Assembly (NCBI GenBank): GCA_951406725.2
Contig: OX597814.1
Coordinates: 85,808,001 to 85,872,000 of the forward strand
Direction: 5' to 3'
Length of the DNA: 64,000 nt
DNA from: Octopus vulgaris
Lineage: Eukaryota
Shown here piece by piece: positions 42,138 to 56,156 of this stretch (its first letter is position 1; each line of letters starts with the position of its first letter). Under the pieces are notes generated by a model. The model had not been told where the DNA came from. It searched no databases and was given only the letters and a program-made list of their open reading frames with translations. Made by a program: the position numbers and the translations under genes.

Positions 42138-42706
42138 AATATCAGCCAACAAAATACCATATGGATAGTATATATTCTTTTAATCTTGAACTGGTTTCCT
42201 ATACCACTGTTGAATTCGTGTTTCGTAGCATATGGTTGTTTCGCATCGCAACGATATTGTTTATATTTAAACGTATTCTTCAAGAAAGCCTTCGACTGTT
42301 ATATATATCATTTTCAAGTTTAAACTTTTATTATTTTATTTTATTGTAATTTATGATCCTATTTAATTGTTATATTTGTAGATAATACTATGCATGGTGC
42401 TGCATTTTGCAAATGTCTTTTATCCGATTTTATTATTATATATACTGAGCAATTTTAAAAAAAAGTTGTTTGTATATATACGTTGGGATCTAGATGTGTT
42501 TTTATGTGAATGCGTGTATTATAGGCATGCATATATATTTGTATGTGTGTGTCTGTATATGTGTGTAAGTATACGTGCATGTTTATATTTACGTACATAG
42601 TACATGGACGTATATGTATATGAGAAACAACAATTACGACAGGCATATATGTATGTATATGTATGTATGTATATATATGTATGTATGAATTTATGTATGT
42701 ATGTAT

Positions 42707-42750
<44 letters not shown>

Positions 42751-42832
42751 GTGTGTGTGTATGTGTATGTGCGCGCGTGTGTATACATATATATATAGAT
42801 AGATAGAAAGATAGATAGATAGATAGATTGAG

Positions 42833-42871
<39 letters not shown>

Positions 42872-43084
42872 CAGATGCACGAATGTCTTTTAAGTTATGT
42901 ATGCATGTATGTATGTGAAAGACAGAGGGAATGGGAAAGAGAGTAAGGGGGTGGGAGTAAGTGATGCTGTTTACATGCGCATGCGTGTGAAGAGCAAGAA
43001 ACACGATACATAATTAATAAACTATGAACAGATAGTGTGGTGGATCTATTGCCAGGAAAATGTTGGATGACAGTTGGGACACAG

Positions 43085-43137
43085 TCGGGGATGATGACGG
43101 TGACGCCGATGATGAGCATGTTGATCGTGAACGTGCA

Positions 43138-43175
<38 letters not shown>

Positions 43176-44247
43176 CGGATGTGGTGCTGGTGGTGCTGGT
43201 GATGTTGATGATGATGGTGATAGAGATGATGTTAATGATGATGATGATGATGTTGTTGCTGTTGTTGATGGTGGTGATGTTGGTGGTGGTGATGATGCTG
43301 GTGGTAGTGATGATGGTGGTGCTGCCGCTGTTGCTGCTGCTGCTGCTGATGGTGATGATGATTTTGGTTCTAGTTGTGGTAGTGGTGATGGTGGTGGTGG
43401 TGATAACGGGGACGACGAAGAGGGGGAGGAGGAGCGGGATAAGAGGAGGCGGAGGCGGAGGAGGAGGAGGTCGTAGTGATTTTTATGTTTATGATGATGA
43501 TCTGCCGACCATCCACGCACGCCGCCGAAGCAAGGTGTCAAAAGTGGACAGATGGCTGTGACAATATAGGATGTTATCTGATACCTTTTTTTTTTACTAT
43601 TCGAGCTATAGGGATGGTTGCGATGGTGGTTGTAGTGGCAGTGGTGGTAGAGGTAATGGACGTAGTGCGGCAAGGGCGAGGCAAAGGCGGTGGTAGTGAT
43701 GGTGGTGGTAGTGATGGTGGTGGTAGTGGTAGTGGTGAGGGAACTGGTGGGGATGATGATGATAGTGATGTTCATGATGAAGTTGATGATGATCACTATG
43801 GTGTTGTTATTGATGTTGGTAATGGTCATGGCGGTGATGGTGGTGGTGGTGGTGGTGGTGTGGGAGTGGTAGCGGCGATAATGTTGATAAAGGTGTTGTT
43901 GTTATTGTGATAGTGTGGAGGTAGTGGTCATGGTGGTTGTGGTGACGGTGATAGTTGGAGGGGTAGGAGTATCAATGAGGTAGTGGAGGTGTTGTAAGTT
44001 TTGTAGGGGTCGGTGGAGGAGGATATTGTTGTTGTTGTGATAGTGTTGGTGACGGCGGTAGCAGCAGTAATGGTAGTAGTCGTGGTGGTAATGGTAATGG
44101 TGATGGTGATGGTGGTGGCAGCAGGGTGGCGGTGGCAACGATGGTGATGTTGGTTGTGGTGGTTCTTGACGATGATGATGATGTTTATGATGGTGGTGAT
44201 GATGGTGATGATGGTGGTAGTGGTGGTGATGATGGTGGTGGTGGTGG

Positions 44248-44289
<42 letters not shown>

Positions 44290-44500
44290 GGAGGAGGAGG
44301 AGGAGGAGGAGGAGGAGGGGGATGTTGATGTTGCTGTTGATGGTAGTCATGGTTGAGGTGGTGATAGTGATGATGATAATGATGATGATAATGATGATGA
44401 TGATGATGAAATTGATTATGATGTTGCTGATGATGAGGATGGCGATGATAATGATGGTGGTGGTAGTGCTGCTGCAGCTGCTGTTGTTGCAGTGGTGGTA
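43085..44500. repeat. compound (GAT/GGT/GAG)n low-complexity tract
   Basis: Directly visible; produces spurious poly-D/G/H/M ORFs. Confidence 0.9.
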
Positions 44501-44876
44501 GACATGGCATGCCCGATGATGTAGATTTGTGCCAAGGTATCTTTGAGGACATCTTATCAAATTTATTCCGACCGTGACCACCTCATCTTTGTAATAGTAG
44601 TTGCAAAGGGGGAAAGGGGTAGAGAGAGGAGCAGCAATATTGTTGTTTGTTGTCCAGTTTTTGGTCAACCTGGACTGAGTAAAGTTATTAATAAGGACTT
44701 ACTGTGCGGTTCTTTTGATCCTTAATGAAGATAGTTACATTTATCACTATTTTACCTGTGATGAAACTTAGGTTTCTTAGCAGACAGCATTGACCGAGAA
44801 GGTTGTCTTATCTAGGGAGCCTGTTTGGTATTTTTTGTGGTTGTTATTGTTGTTTTTAAACCCAGTTTATACATTA

Positions 44877-44956
<80 letters not shown>

Positions 44957-46260
44957 ACACACAAGCAGAGATATGCTGTGTTACTCGGAAACTTAATTTA
45001 ATTTAAAGCAGTTTGTTACGTACTTAATACAAGTATGTAATATATTTGCAGATTTGTTTTTATAGTAATACTGATAGAAATTTTAAGTTGAATATTTCCC
45101 GGTTTCTCTGATGTGTAAAATTTTTGATATTGTTTATATTCACAATTATAGCTAAAGAAAATATTTTGCATTATATATTTACTTGTAAGTTTAAAAGTAA
45201 TATACAACACATTAAACCTGAAAATTTCTCGCACGGAGGGTTTTGTTGAGGAAGAGCTTTGAAGACAGCATTTCTTGTTCTGTGAAAATTATGCATGCTT
45301 CGCTCAACACACAAACATGCAACACAGAATTGACCATGAGAACCATGAACTCGCTAATTCATCTCCGGGATTATTGATGGTCAGGCTAGAAACTGAAGTT
45401 ACTTGACTGAAAAAAAAGCATGCCGGATGGGATGAAGAGACTGTTTGAAATGCAAACATCTTCCCCATTGATACAACCAGTTATTATGGAGGATTCGATT
45501 ACATGGAACAAGATCTTTCGTTGTTAACCTTGTACACAATTAGCTGCTAAAAACTTTTCGTGCATCCAAATTTCAAAACAAAAATTAGGTGCTGCCACTT
45601 TCAATTGGTGATTGTACGGAAGGAGGACTGAAGAGAATTATGAAACTCTATTGGACATTTAGCAGCATCGTTAATATCAACAACAATGTAAATTAATTTG
45701 TACCACCTAGATAGGACTGATACTTGGTGAACGATAGTGGCTATCTTATACGCAGCACAACGTAATTTTTCTGGGTTTTTTTTTTTTTAGTTTGATTTGC
45801 ACGTTCAGAAATCCACTATAATTCTGTGGGAATCGGGATAAAATTTTTGTAGCAACTCTCGAGATATGTTGATGATTGTTTCACTGTATGTAATCGGGGA
45901 ATACGTGCGAACTTGTATTCCCACTAAATTTCCGAACAACTTTACACCTTAACAGCGTATGACGAATTCGGCTACGGCTACGACTTCCGCACACCTCCTC
46001 AATCTACTGTTAATGGTCGTTCCTCTGTTATGTTTTAGCTGCTGGCAACAAGAGTTGTCAAACTTAGAAAAGTTGACTTTCTAAGGAATGGAACACACTG
46101 TAGCATTTTTTCCAAAGAATCTAGGAGTAAATTTGTAAAAAGAAACACAAAAATTGAAGAGTTTGGTCAACATAGAGGTTTTGTTTGGCGCGTAGTCATT
46201 GAAGGTGATGGAAGTAAATAGAAAAAAATACTTGTCCAGGGCGCTGGGCAGAGGAAACTG

Positions 46261-46394
46261 ATGGAGCAGCGAATGATGTGTATTTTACCGTATTTGTTAC
46301 TGGCTCCTTGCGTTATGGTGGCAGTGTCCGCAATAATACTGGCGCCAAGTAGTAATGAGACTTGTCTTTCGTTAAAGGACTTCTCTGGCGAAGA
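46261..46394 (+). CDS. candidate first coding exon with a signal-peptide-like N-terminus
   Basis: MEQRMMCILPYLLLAPCVMVAVSAIILAPSSNETCLSLKDFSGE: hydrophobic core, NET sequon, upstream in-frame stop (46219) and possible donor GA|GTGAGA; lies in about 1.2 kb of repeat-free DNA. Confidence 0.3.
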
Positions 46395-46849
46395 GTGAGA
46401 GATTTGCATGCACAGGTACTTATTTATCTTCTCTAAATATTTTTAGAAAAAAGAGGTTTTCCCCGTCCTGCAGCTTGGAGAGAAGAGTTTTGTGCGTAGA
46501 TCAATGATCCCCCGAGAATTACAGAAAGTGTCTCCCTCACTCTGCCTCTGCCTCACTCTTTCTGTCGCTTTTTCTTTCTCTCACTCTCTTTCTCCTTCTC
46601 TTTCTCTCTCTCACTCCCTCTCTCTCTCCTCTCTCTTTCTTTCTCTCTCTCTCCCCTCTCCCCCACTCTCCCCCTCTCTCTCACACACATACACACACAC
46701 TCGCACACGTGCACACATACAGAATATATTTTACTATATGAGATTATTCTCTCTTACTACTCCGAGTTTCATGAATACCCACTGGTCATACACACACACA
46801 CACATATGTATGTATGTATGTATATGTACATATATATATGTAAGTGGTA

Positions 46850-46910
<61 letters not shown>

Positions 46911-46949
46911 GCATGTATGCATGTATGTATGTATGTATATATATATATT

Positions 46950-47515
46950 ATTATGTCAGGTCACTTTCGAGTGCTACTGGTAACATGTAACCCAGTACAA
47001 TCTGATGCATGGTCGGGTCGTCGGCGACTAAACCGGCAACCCCACCAAGCTTGCTTGGTGAGGAGGGTGTTTATTGGACACCCTGCGGGATGAAAAACAA
47101 AACCCGTCAAAGGGCGGAAGAACTCTTGAGAGTCAACGGCCATCCAATAAATGTCTTAAGGCTGTATCATGCGCGGGGGCATAGAAATAATCGGACTAAA
47201 TACCCGATCGCGCGGTTAAACCATTGGGAGTGAAGACTCCTAGTCTTTGTTAGGGCATCCTTCTTGGAGAAGGTAACTCAGGTAACTGGGATAACTCCGA
47301 CATAAAACCTGCGGCTCAGTGGTTACCAATGATGTTGACTTGTTCTTCTTTTCGGATTATGGCTGCTGTTGCTTAGTGGGTGGGATTTACTCAGTGCACA
47401 GCCTTTCCTCACTTAAAAAAAAAATCCTCTTGCACAGGCATTGCACGATAACAACATTGATTAAGCTTCGTGCAATGGCCATACTCCATAACAAGGGGGC
47501 AGCCACCATAATAGT
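46950..47515 (+). mobile_element. hairpin-rich non-coding interspersed element, possibly derived from an RTE 5' UTR
   Basis: GC-richer island between (TA)n tracts with many stem-loops and a GGAGAAGGTAACTC...AAAACC motif reminiscent of RTE 5' UTRs; no convincing ORF. Confidence 0.45.
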
Positions 47516-47566
<51 letters not shown>

Positions 47567-48140
47567 TATATTTATACATATATGTGTGTGTGTGTATCTA
47601 TATGTGAATAGATAAATTATAATAACATTCTGCGTCTGAGCTGAGTACATTTTTTCCCCTTTTTCATAAATTCAAACTTACATATACACAAATAAGCACA
47701 CACACACACACGTATACTCAAATATAATATACATACGTACGCAACACGAGTGCTAATTGTATTTTAGGCTTTCGTTCGCGGGGAAGAACCAATTAGACTG
47801 TGAGCGGGAAAAAAATTAGGAAGAAAGCAAGAACACAGTCAAACCATTAAGGTTCTAAGAGAGCGAATATGGAAAAGATAGAGTGGAAATTGACTGAGAC
47901 AGGCATGCGGATGTGGGACGGGTGGAAGGTGAAGTCGGACAAACCAGTGTAGAAATGAACCGTCTCCACCACTTGTGTGTACTACGAAGCAAGCGCCAAG
48001 TGTTGGCGGCAAAATGACAACAACAACACACTTAGCTTGAGCTAAGCAAAACATTTTTCGCTAAAATAACGATAAACATATCCAATATCTTATCAAAATT
48101 GACAGAAATCGGAGCGTAAAAAACAAGACAGGATATACAT

Positions 48141-48189
<49 letters not shown>

Positions 48190-48201
48190 TATGTATGTAT
48201 G

Positions 48202-48250
<49 letters not shown>

Positions 48251-48424
48251 GTGCGTGTATATATACATATATAAAGGCATATACATATATATATATATAT
48301 ATACATTAATATATTTTTATACATACATATGTGTCTGTGATTGTTGAGAGAAGAAGGGTGATGTGAGAGATAGACAGATATAAATATATAGACAGGCAGA
48401 GAGGCAGACAGATAGAGAAACAGT

Positions 48425-48493
<69 letters not shown>

Positions 48494-48515
48494 TCATACA
48501 TACATACATACACAG

Positions 48516-48553
<38 letters not shown>

Positions 48554-48811
48554 GAAAAAGAAAGAAAGAAAGGAAAAAGAAAGAAAGAAAGAAAGGAAAG
48601 AGAAAGAAAGGAAGAAAGATGGAGCAAGAGAATAAAACTAAATGTATATATGTATTGAAAAAGTAGAAAATGGTGAAAGAAAAAAAATTGATTGTCAAAA
48701 ACTGGAGCACAACTTGTTTATAATGTTTATACTTGTTTAGTTAATATTATTGTTATTATTTTTTCTATACCGCCTTCATATTCATATTACTATTTTCATA
48801 AAGACTACGGA

Positions 48812-49030
<219 letters not shown>

Positions 49031-49515
49031 TAATATTATTGTTATTGCTATTATTATTGTTGTTGCTGATGTTGTTGTTGTTATTACTGTTGTTGCTGGT
49101 GTCGTCTCAGTTTGTATTTCTTTTAGATATTTCAATATTTGTTTTCTTTTGCCCCTTTCCGTTATTATTTTGCATACGCACACAATGCGCTTGTATATAA
49201 ATGCGAACGTGCGCGTGCGTGCGCGCGCGTGTGAATGTGGTGTATATGAATGTATATATGCGTGCACGTGTATGCGCATGCAAGTGTATGTGTACATGTG
49301 CGTGTGTGTCTCTGTGTGTTTGTGTGTGTGTGTGTAATACGAGTGCGTGTTTTACATTGGTCTTCTGAAGTTTCCAGTCAAATTTCATTTCTTCTGATAA
49401 CAAGAAACACCTTTCTTAATAATTGTCTCCTGTCACTGACCCAGTCCCCTTTTAATCTGTTTGTGACTCTCTGTGTATGCATATGTGAGTATGAGTGTGT
49501 GTGTGTGCGCTTTTC

Positions 49516-49582
<67 letters not shown>

Positions 49583-49949
49583 CTTGCATATGTACAAACA
49601 TATATATATATATATATATATACTTTTCATTCTCTTTTGCTTTTTGCTGCTTATTTTTACATGCGAACGTATATCGCTGAACGTTGAGAATAACTATATT
49701 CATTGGTAGATATGTCTATCTAATTCTTTGCCAAAGTATATTCGCATTATGTTTTTTACAATTCTCCAAACATGTACACACGCACGCGCCTACACACACG
49801 CACACGCACACTTACACACATGGACTGAAACACACATACATATACCGAAGCATATATATGCACACAAGCCAAGCATTTATATGTTTATGCACACATGACA
49901 TCTTTACATAATATATGTGTGTGTGTGTGTATACACGCACACATAGACT

Positions 49950-50036
<87 letters not shown>

Positions 50037-50058
50037 CACGTTCACATATATATATGTA

Positions 50059-50441
50059 CTAGCAGTATCGCCCGGCGTTGCTCAGGTTTGTAAGGAAATA
50101 ACTATAAAGCATTTTTAGAGAGTTATAGCCAAAAAATAGCAAAAAAATGGAAAAAAAATGATGGTAAATTTTTTTTGAGGGATAAAAAAGGTGGAGTTGC
50201 GTCCCCTAGACGGTCTGTGGTTTGGGTTTCAGGTTCTCGACCCCATGTCGAATTTATCGATCTTTTTCAGAACTGGGGGAACTTTTCAAAATTTTCGCTG
50301 CGTTAGTTTTGAATTATGACATTGGGCTATGTGTGTGTCAAGTTTCTTCAGAATCGGTTGAAAGCCGTGGTCAGAGTGAGGGTACGAGAAAACAGACACA
50401 CAGAAAACGCACAGACAAACTGCCGTTTATATAGAGAGAGA
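50059..50441 (-). mobile_element. non-autonomous Helitron with both termini
   Basis: Minus strand A|TCTCTCTCTATATAAAC ... hairpin CCTGAGCAACGCCGGG ... CTAG|T: canonical TC...CTAG ends inserted at AT. Confidence 0.75.
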
Positions 50442-50536
50442 TATGCAAATGCATATACATAAACAGAAAGGGATATACACGCAAATATAGACACACATTA
50501 TTTGTGTGTGTGTTTGTATATCTATCTATCTATATA

Positions 50537-50573
<37 letters not shown>

Positions 50574-50951
50574 GTATGTATGTATATATATATATATGGG
50601 TGTGTGTGTATTTATACATATATATATATATGTATATCTATATGTGTGTGTGTGTATAAAATATGTGTATATATAAGATATATTTTTGTATATACATATA
50701 TATATCTTTAAAATATATCTATACGCAGATACACACACACACACACACACTTATATAGAAAATAAGTATATATCATTATATAGGGAATCAGAAATCATAA
50801 AACTAACACGAGGAAACACAAACATATACATACAAGAATATAGATATATAAACATACATAGCATACATACTTATGTATGCATATATATATATATACATAC
50901 ATGTGTGTGTATATATATATATGTATACATACATATATATACATATATATG

Positions 50952-51001
<50 letters not shown>

Positions 51002-51165
51002 GCACAGTTAATTTACACCTTGGCGCAGGCACATTTACACTTATCTACGTGAGGGTATGTATATTGCATCGCAGTATGAAGGTATGGACGTGTTTTGGGT
51101 TATCGGTGTGTTTGTATATGAAGTACGTGTCTCAGTGCATGTGTATGCATCTATATATTTATCTG

Positions 51166-51238
<73 letters not shown>

Positions 51239-51256
51239 GTAGATATATTGTATTTT

Positions 51257-51289
<33 letters not shown>

Positions 51290-51342
51290 ATATAATGTAT
51301 ATCAACATACATAGAATAGAATATATGTAGATATATATGTAT

Positions 51343-51397
<55 letters not shown>

Positions 51398-51419
51398 GTA
51401 TAATCACACATACATAGAC

Positions 51420-51513
<94 letters not shown>

Positions 51514-51845
51514 ATACATATATATATATGTATATATTCATATACAAGCATGTATGTATATACGTATATGTATAGATCTGTATGTTTGTCTGTTCTGTGT
51601 GTATGTGTGAGTGTGTACAATGTGTATATATGTATGTGTTTGTCCCTTTCAGTTTACGTACGTATCTGAAGCGCCCCACCCTCACCAACTACACAATTAT
51701 TCCCAGTTCTCTGTTCATCTAGTCATCCACCATATACATTCTTACAACAACTGAGTGCGTGTATGTACGTGAGAGTGTGTATGCGTGTGAGTGTGTGAAC
51801 ATGTGTGTATATTTGTTGTTATGCATGTATGTATGTATGTATGTA

Positions 51846-51888
<43 letters not shown>

Positions 51889-51962
51889 GTATATGCGTGA
51901 ACCTACGTGTATATCTGTTGGTAAGTATATGTAAATATATATATATACATATATACACACAC

Positions 51963-52019
<57 letters not shown>

Positions 52020-52151
52020 CACATATATACACATATGTATGTATGTATGTGTGTATGTAAGTATGTGCGTATGTATTTGTACATGTATGTATGCATTTGT
52101 ATGTTTATGTATATGTATGTATATATATATATATGTATATATATGTGTGTT

Positions 52152-52191
<40 letters not shown>

Positions 52192-52657
52192 GAGAGAGAG
52201 AGAGATGAGAGAGAGAGCGTGAGAAAGTCTGTGCGTGTTTGTGAATACATGTCTGTGTGTATTTGTATGTATGTGTTTTTCGATGACATTAAGCTATATT
52301 GAGATAGGCATGGAAGGGAAAGAAGAAAAGAAGGAGGGGAGGGGAGAGAATCTTACTAACGAATATGAAACAAAGAAAAACCATTTAAAAAGCATGCTAA
52401 CAAAACAAAACAAATATTCTATCGTGTTTGCCACGTGACTGATTGGTGGGAATAGATATTTTTCTCCATTTCATAAGAGTTTCTTTTCGTTTCCACCCTA
52501 TCGAGAATAATTCACACTTCCTGTGAAGACTTCTCTCGACCAAAAACACCATCCATTTATTTTTGCTGTACAACAAAAAAGTAGATAAATAAATATAAAC
52601 AAATATAAGTAAATAAGATTAATAATAAGTAATATACATACATACATGTATAAATAT

Positions 52658-52699
<42 letters not shown>

Positions 52700-52951
52700 G
52701 AAAAACTACGGGTTAAAAAAGGAAAGAGTAAAAACCATTTGTGATGATGATGATGATGAAGATGGCTGCGTTGGCGGTGGCGGTAATGGTGGTGGTGGTG
52801 GTGGTGGTGGTGGTGGTGGTGGTGGGTGGCGGTGTGTGGTGATAATGAAGGGGACGTCGAGGACGATGAGGATAATGATGATATCGTTTGTGGATAAAAA
52901 GCAACGGCCAGCTTGCGCGTGTGTATGTGTATGTGGACGAAAATTGTTTAT

Positions 52952-53012
<61 letters not shown>

Positions 53013-53044
53013 GAATACATCTATGTATATATAGAAAGACAGAC

Positions 53045-53096
<52 letters not shown>

Positions 53097-53479
53097 GTGC
53101 ACATATGTTACGTATGTATGTGTGTATGTATGTATGTATGTATGTATGTATGTATGTATGTATGTGTGTGTGTGTATGTGTGTGTATGTATGTATGTTTG
53201 TATGTTTGTATGTTTGTATGTATGTGTATACACACACCTACACATACCAACGATCAAAGATGAGGAAGAAACATTCATATACACTGAAAATTTTTCACAA
53301 TCAAGAAATACGACTGCTTAACGAATTTTTTAATACAAAACCTGCAATCTATACGGTCTCCCAAAAATTCATAGGCGTAAACCGTTATACGTTGCACATG
53401 TACAACACACTATCGTACCACACCCTAGCGGTCTTAAAGTAAGATCAATTGTAGTAGGTTCACTGTATGAAACACACAG

Positions 53480-54840
53480 ACTCAGCAACTAAGTAGACAT
53501 AGTGATGAAAACTCTTCTGAAACTCATAACAAACTTTATAAGGGATGACTTGACTCTATTAAACCACCAGTCGAAAAACACTGTTATTGTATCCCATGCA
53601 ACAATTGACTAGGAACCATACAATTTTGGCTTGAAAATTCTTCAATAAAATCCGAGCCCGAATATAGAAAAAATTAATTAGTAAAAGAATTAAATTCATT
53701 CGCTAAAATAACTTTTCATCTTCAATGAAAGAACTTACAAATATCTAGAACTGCGATGGGAAGGATAATCGCCCCAACTAACGCCAGTTTCTTCATGGCA
53801 TACCTAGTTATGATAAATGTAGACTAAGCAATGGCATCATCTTCCATGGACTGACAGCCTTTACCAACTTAATGATTTCAAAACCTTAATTAATAGCTTA
53901 AAGAACAAATACAGTTCACATTGTTATACATTCAAAATGAACGACTCTTGAATATTTTAATCATAAAAGACAAATATCTAAACTGACATCCGCTATTAAC
54001 CGACAGGTTCTAAACAACACTTCTTACCTTTTGCCACCCCCAAAACTCACTAAAACAAATATACAGTTAATCTACGACGAAAACTGTGTTCAATCGTCTC
54101 CAATTTTGAAATTTAAAATAAATGACTACAAGAATTAAAACAAATACTGCTTGAAATATAATATCCAACAAAATTAATTGGTAACAGAACAGAATGAACC
54201 AAAGCAATTTATATTCAAGAACTACGCAAGACAACAACATCGATTCAAATACACTAAATACATCAGTTCACATCACAACCTAAGAAATATAGAACCATAC
54301 AATATTATCCAGCAAAAGATTCCATTATTGATGCAAGTCTTAAGAATGAAAAAACACTCAACTTACACATAATAATCAAAAGTAAAATATATTAAAATCA
54401 CTTAAAAATTACCAACGTCGAAAATTACTCACCATCAATATTTGAAAAATCTGGTTGCTCTAACTGCAGGACTTGCAACAACCATATAGAAGATATATCA
54501 TACAATTTTAAATCATGATTTGTTTGACTGAAAAAAGTTATTTCACTTGTTCAGAAAAAAATTTACTTAATATGTCATAGATGTAACGAATATTACATAA
54601 GATAAACGAAATTTGCCTTGAGAAAATAACTCAATATTCATATGTAACAAACAGGAGATCCTAATACCAGACAGATTTCAGTATATAACCATTTCGATTT
54701 AGGCGCAACAAACAAGGCACCAAGATTCCAATTCTTTACACTTCAAGTTTGTTCTGATAAAACCAAAATAAAAAATGAAAGAATATATACTTAGCAAAAT
54801 TACGTTTATTAAAAAATACAAACTACGACTGAATAAACCA
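53480..54840 (+). mobile_element. old Penelope-like element (RT plus GIY-YIG), heavily decayed
   Basis: TAMGRIIAPTNASFFMAYL (53750-53806), CSNCRTC, FTCSEKNL..LICHRCNEYYIR*T and terminal FIKKYKLRLN. Confidence 0.7.
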
Positions 54841-55691
54841 CAACAACATTGGAAAGGGTTCATCACTCTATTGTAGTTCATATTCTCACACGCAAGCACT
54901 TAAGTAACTATATACACAAATAATTAAGCTATTTCTCTATTTTTAGCGAATCTGAAAACCTGTTACACATGACACATTTACTGGATTAACACAAGCTTTA
55001 CTTTTGCCTAACATCCACTAAGGGAGGATCCTTTCAACACATGACGCTACATAGATCAAAAATTAAAAACGGGTATACAGACAAATAGGATTCAGTGAAA
55101 ATATAGATATATGTGCAGGTAACAAATAACCAAACTTTACAGTTTTCGTTTTATATAAATGCAGCGATTATGTAACGCCTCAACATAGAAATATACATCA
55201 TAACCAACTTCCAGCCACGTTTAAATATCTGTGGCAGAACAAGAAAGACAACTACCACCGACACTACTGCAGCCTTAGTTATAATCACCACAGAAACTGC
55301 TACTAAGACTGACAACTACTAAGGCCGCTGTCAGCTTTACCTGCTACTGCTGCCACTGCTAACAGGCCTAACTCCTACCTCTTCCATCAACAACCACTGC
55401 GGCTACTACTACTGCAATTACTACCCAACAACAATAAGAAGGAAACAAACTACGAACATCATGTTCCTTGTAAGAAAAATATGTAAATGTCTAGAACTGA
55501 TACGAAAGATTAATTTAATTTAATCTATTTCAATGTATTTCAGTTTATTTTCCCGTTCATTCCAGCATGACTGAACCGTATTTTGAAAGTGATTGAAACA
55601 AGTAGCTCTATATTTAAGTAAAAAGATAAAAATCCAAATACTCTCTTGCTTTCTTCAATGATGAAGTTCTCAAAGCATTTTCTTCTATTTG

Positions 55692-55750
<59 letters not shown>

Positions 55751-55753
<3 letters not shown>

Positions 55754-55878
55754 CGCAGCAATGGCTGTGTGATAAGTAGCTTGCTTAAAATCACATGGTT
55801 CTGGGTTCATCCCCACTGCATGGCATCTTCGGCAAGTGTCTTCTACTATAGCTTCGGGTCGACCAAAACCTTGTAAGT
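55751..55878 (+). mobile_element. SINE family A 5' part, cut off by the hammerhead SINE
   Basis: AGGCGCAGCAATGGCTGTGTG...GGCAAGTGTCTTCTACTATAGC...AAACCTTGT. Confidence 0.75.
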
Positions 55879-56029
55879 AGTACATTATTTACATTATTTA
55901 CATTTGACGGATATTTGTCCTCATCTTGTTTGTTGTTATCACAACGTTTCGGCCGATATACCCTCCAGCCTCAGTCAGGTGTCTTGGGGAAATTTTGAAC
56001 CTGGGTTCTCATTCCTAAGGTAGTTTTCG

Positions 56030-56077
<48 letters not shown>

Positions 56078-56154
56078 TTCAGGTCACTGCTTGGAATCGA
56101 ACCCGGAATATTAGGGTTAGTAGCCCGCGCTCTTAACCACTACACCATATGCTC
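55879..56154 (-). mobile_element. tRNA-headed SINE containing a hammerhead ribozyme motif
   Basis: Minus strand: box A TGGTGTAGTGG, box B GGTTCGATTCC, (TAA)n, hammerhead at 55940-55981 and (AATGTAAAT)n tail. Confidence 0.7.
55940..55981 (-). ncRNA. minimal type-I hammerhead motif with one extra core nucleotide
   Basis: CAC-CTGACTGA-GGCTG-gagggtatat-CGGCC-GAAA-CG-TT-GTG. Confidence 0.6.
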
Positions 56155-56156
56155 GT

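Noticed and set aside
43014-44668. Long poly-His/Asp/Gly/Ser ORFs
   Set aside because: Trinucleotide low-complexity tract that is open in several frames on both strands, with no domain or splice evidence.
44703-44755. Possible 53-nt minus-strand exon (KIVINVTIFIKDQKNRT) with a GTAAGT donor
   Set aside because: Weak acceptor tract and no recognisable peptide; compatible with chance.
47225-47285. HDV-like ribozyme fold
   Set aside because: Could not place P1/P1.1 or a catalytic C in the required order; kept only as part of the structured element.
56080-56154. Possible true tRNA gene (also 40006-40080 and 31331-31405)
   Set aside because: A and B boxes are present, but the acceptor stem is poor and each head runs into a repeat body, so these are SINE heads.
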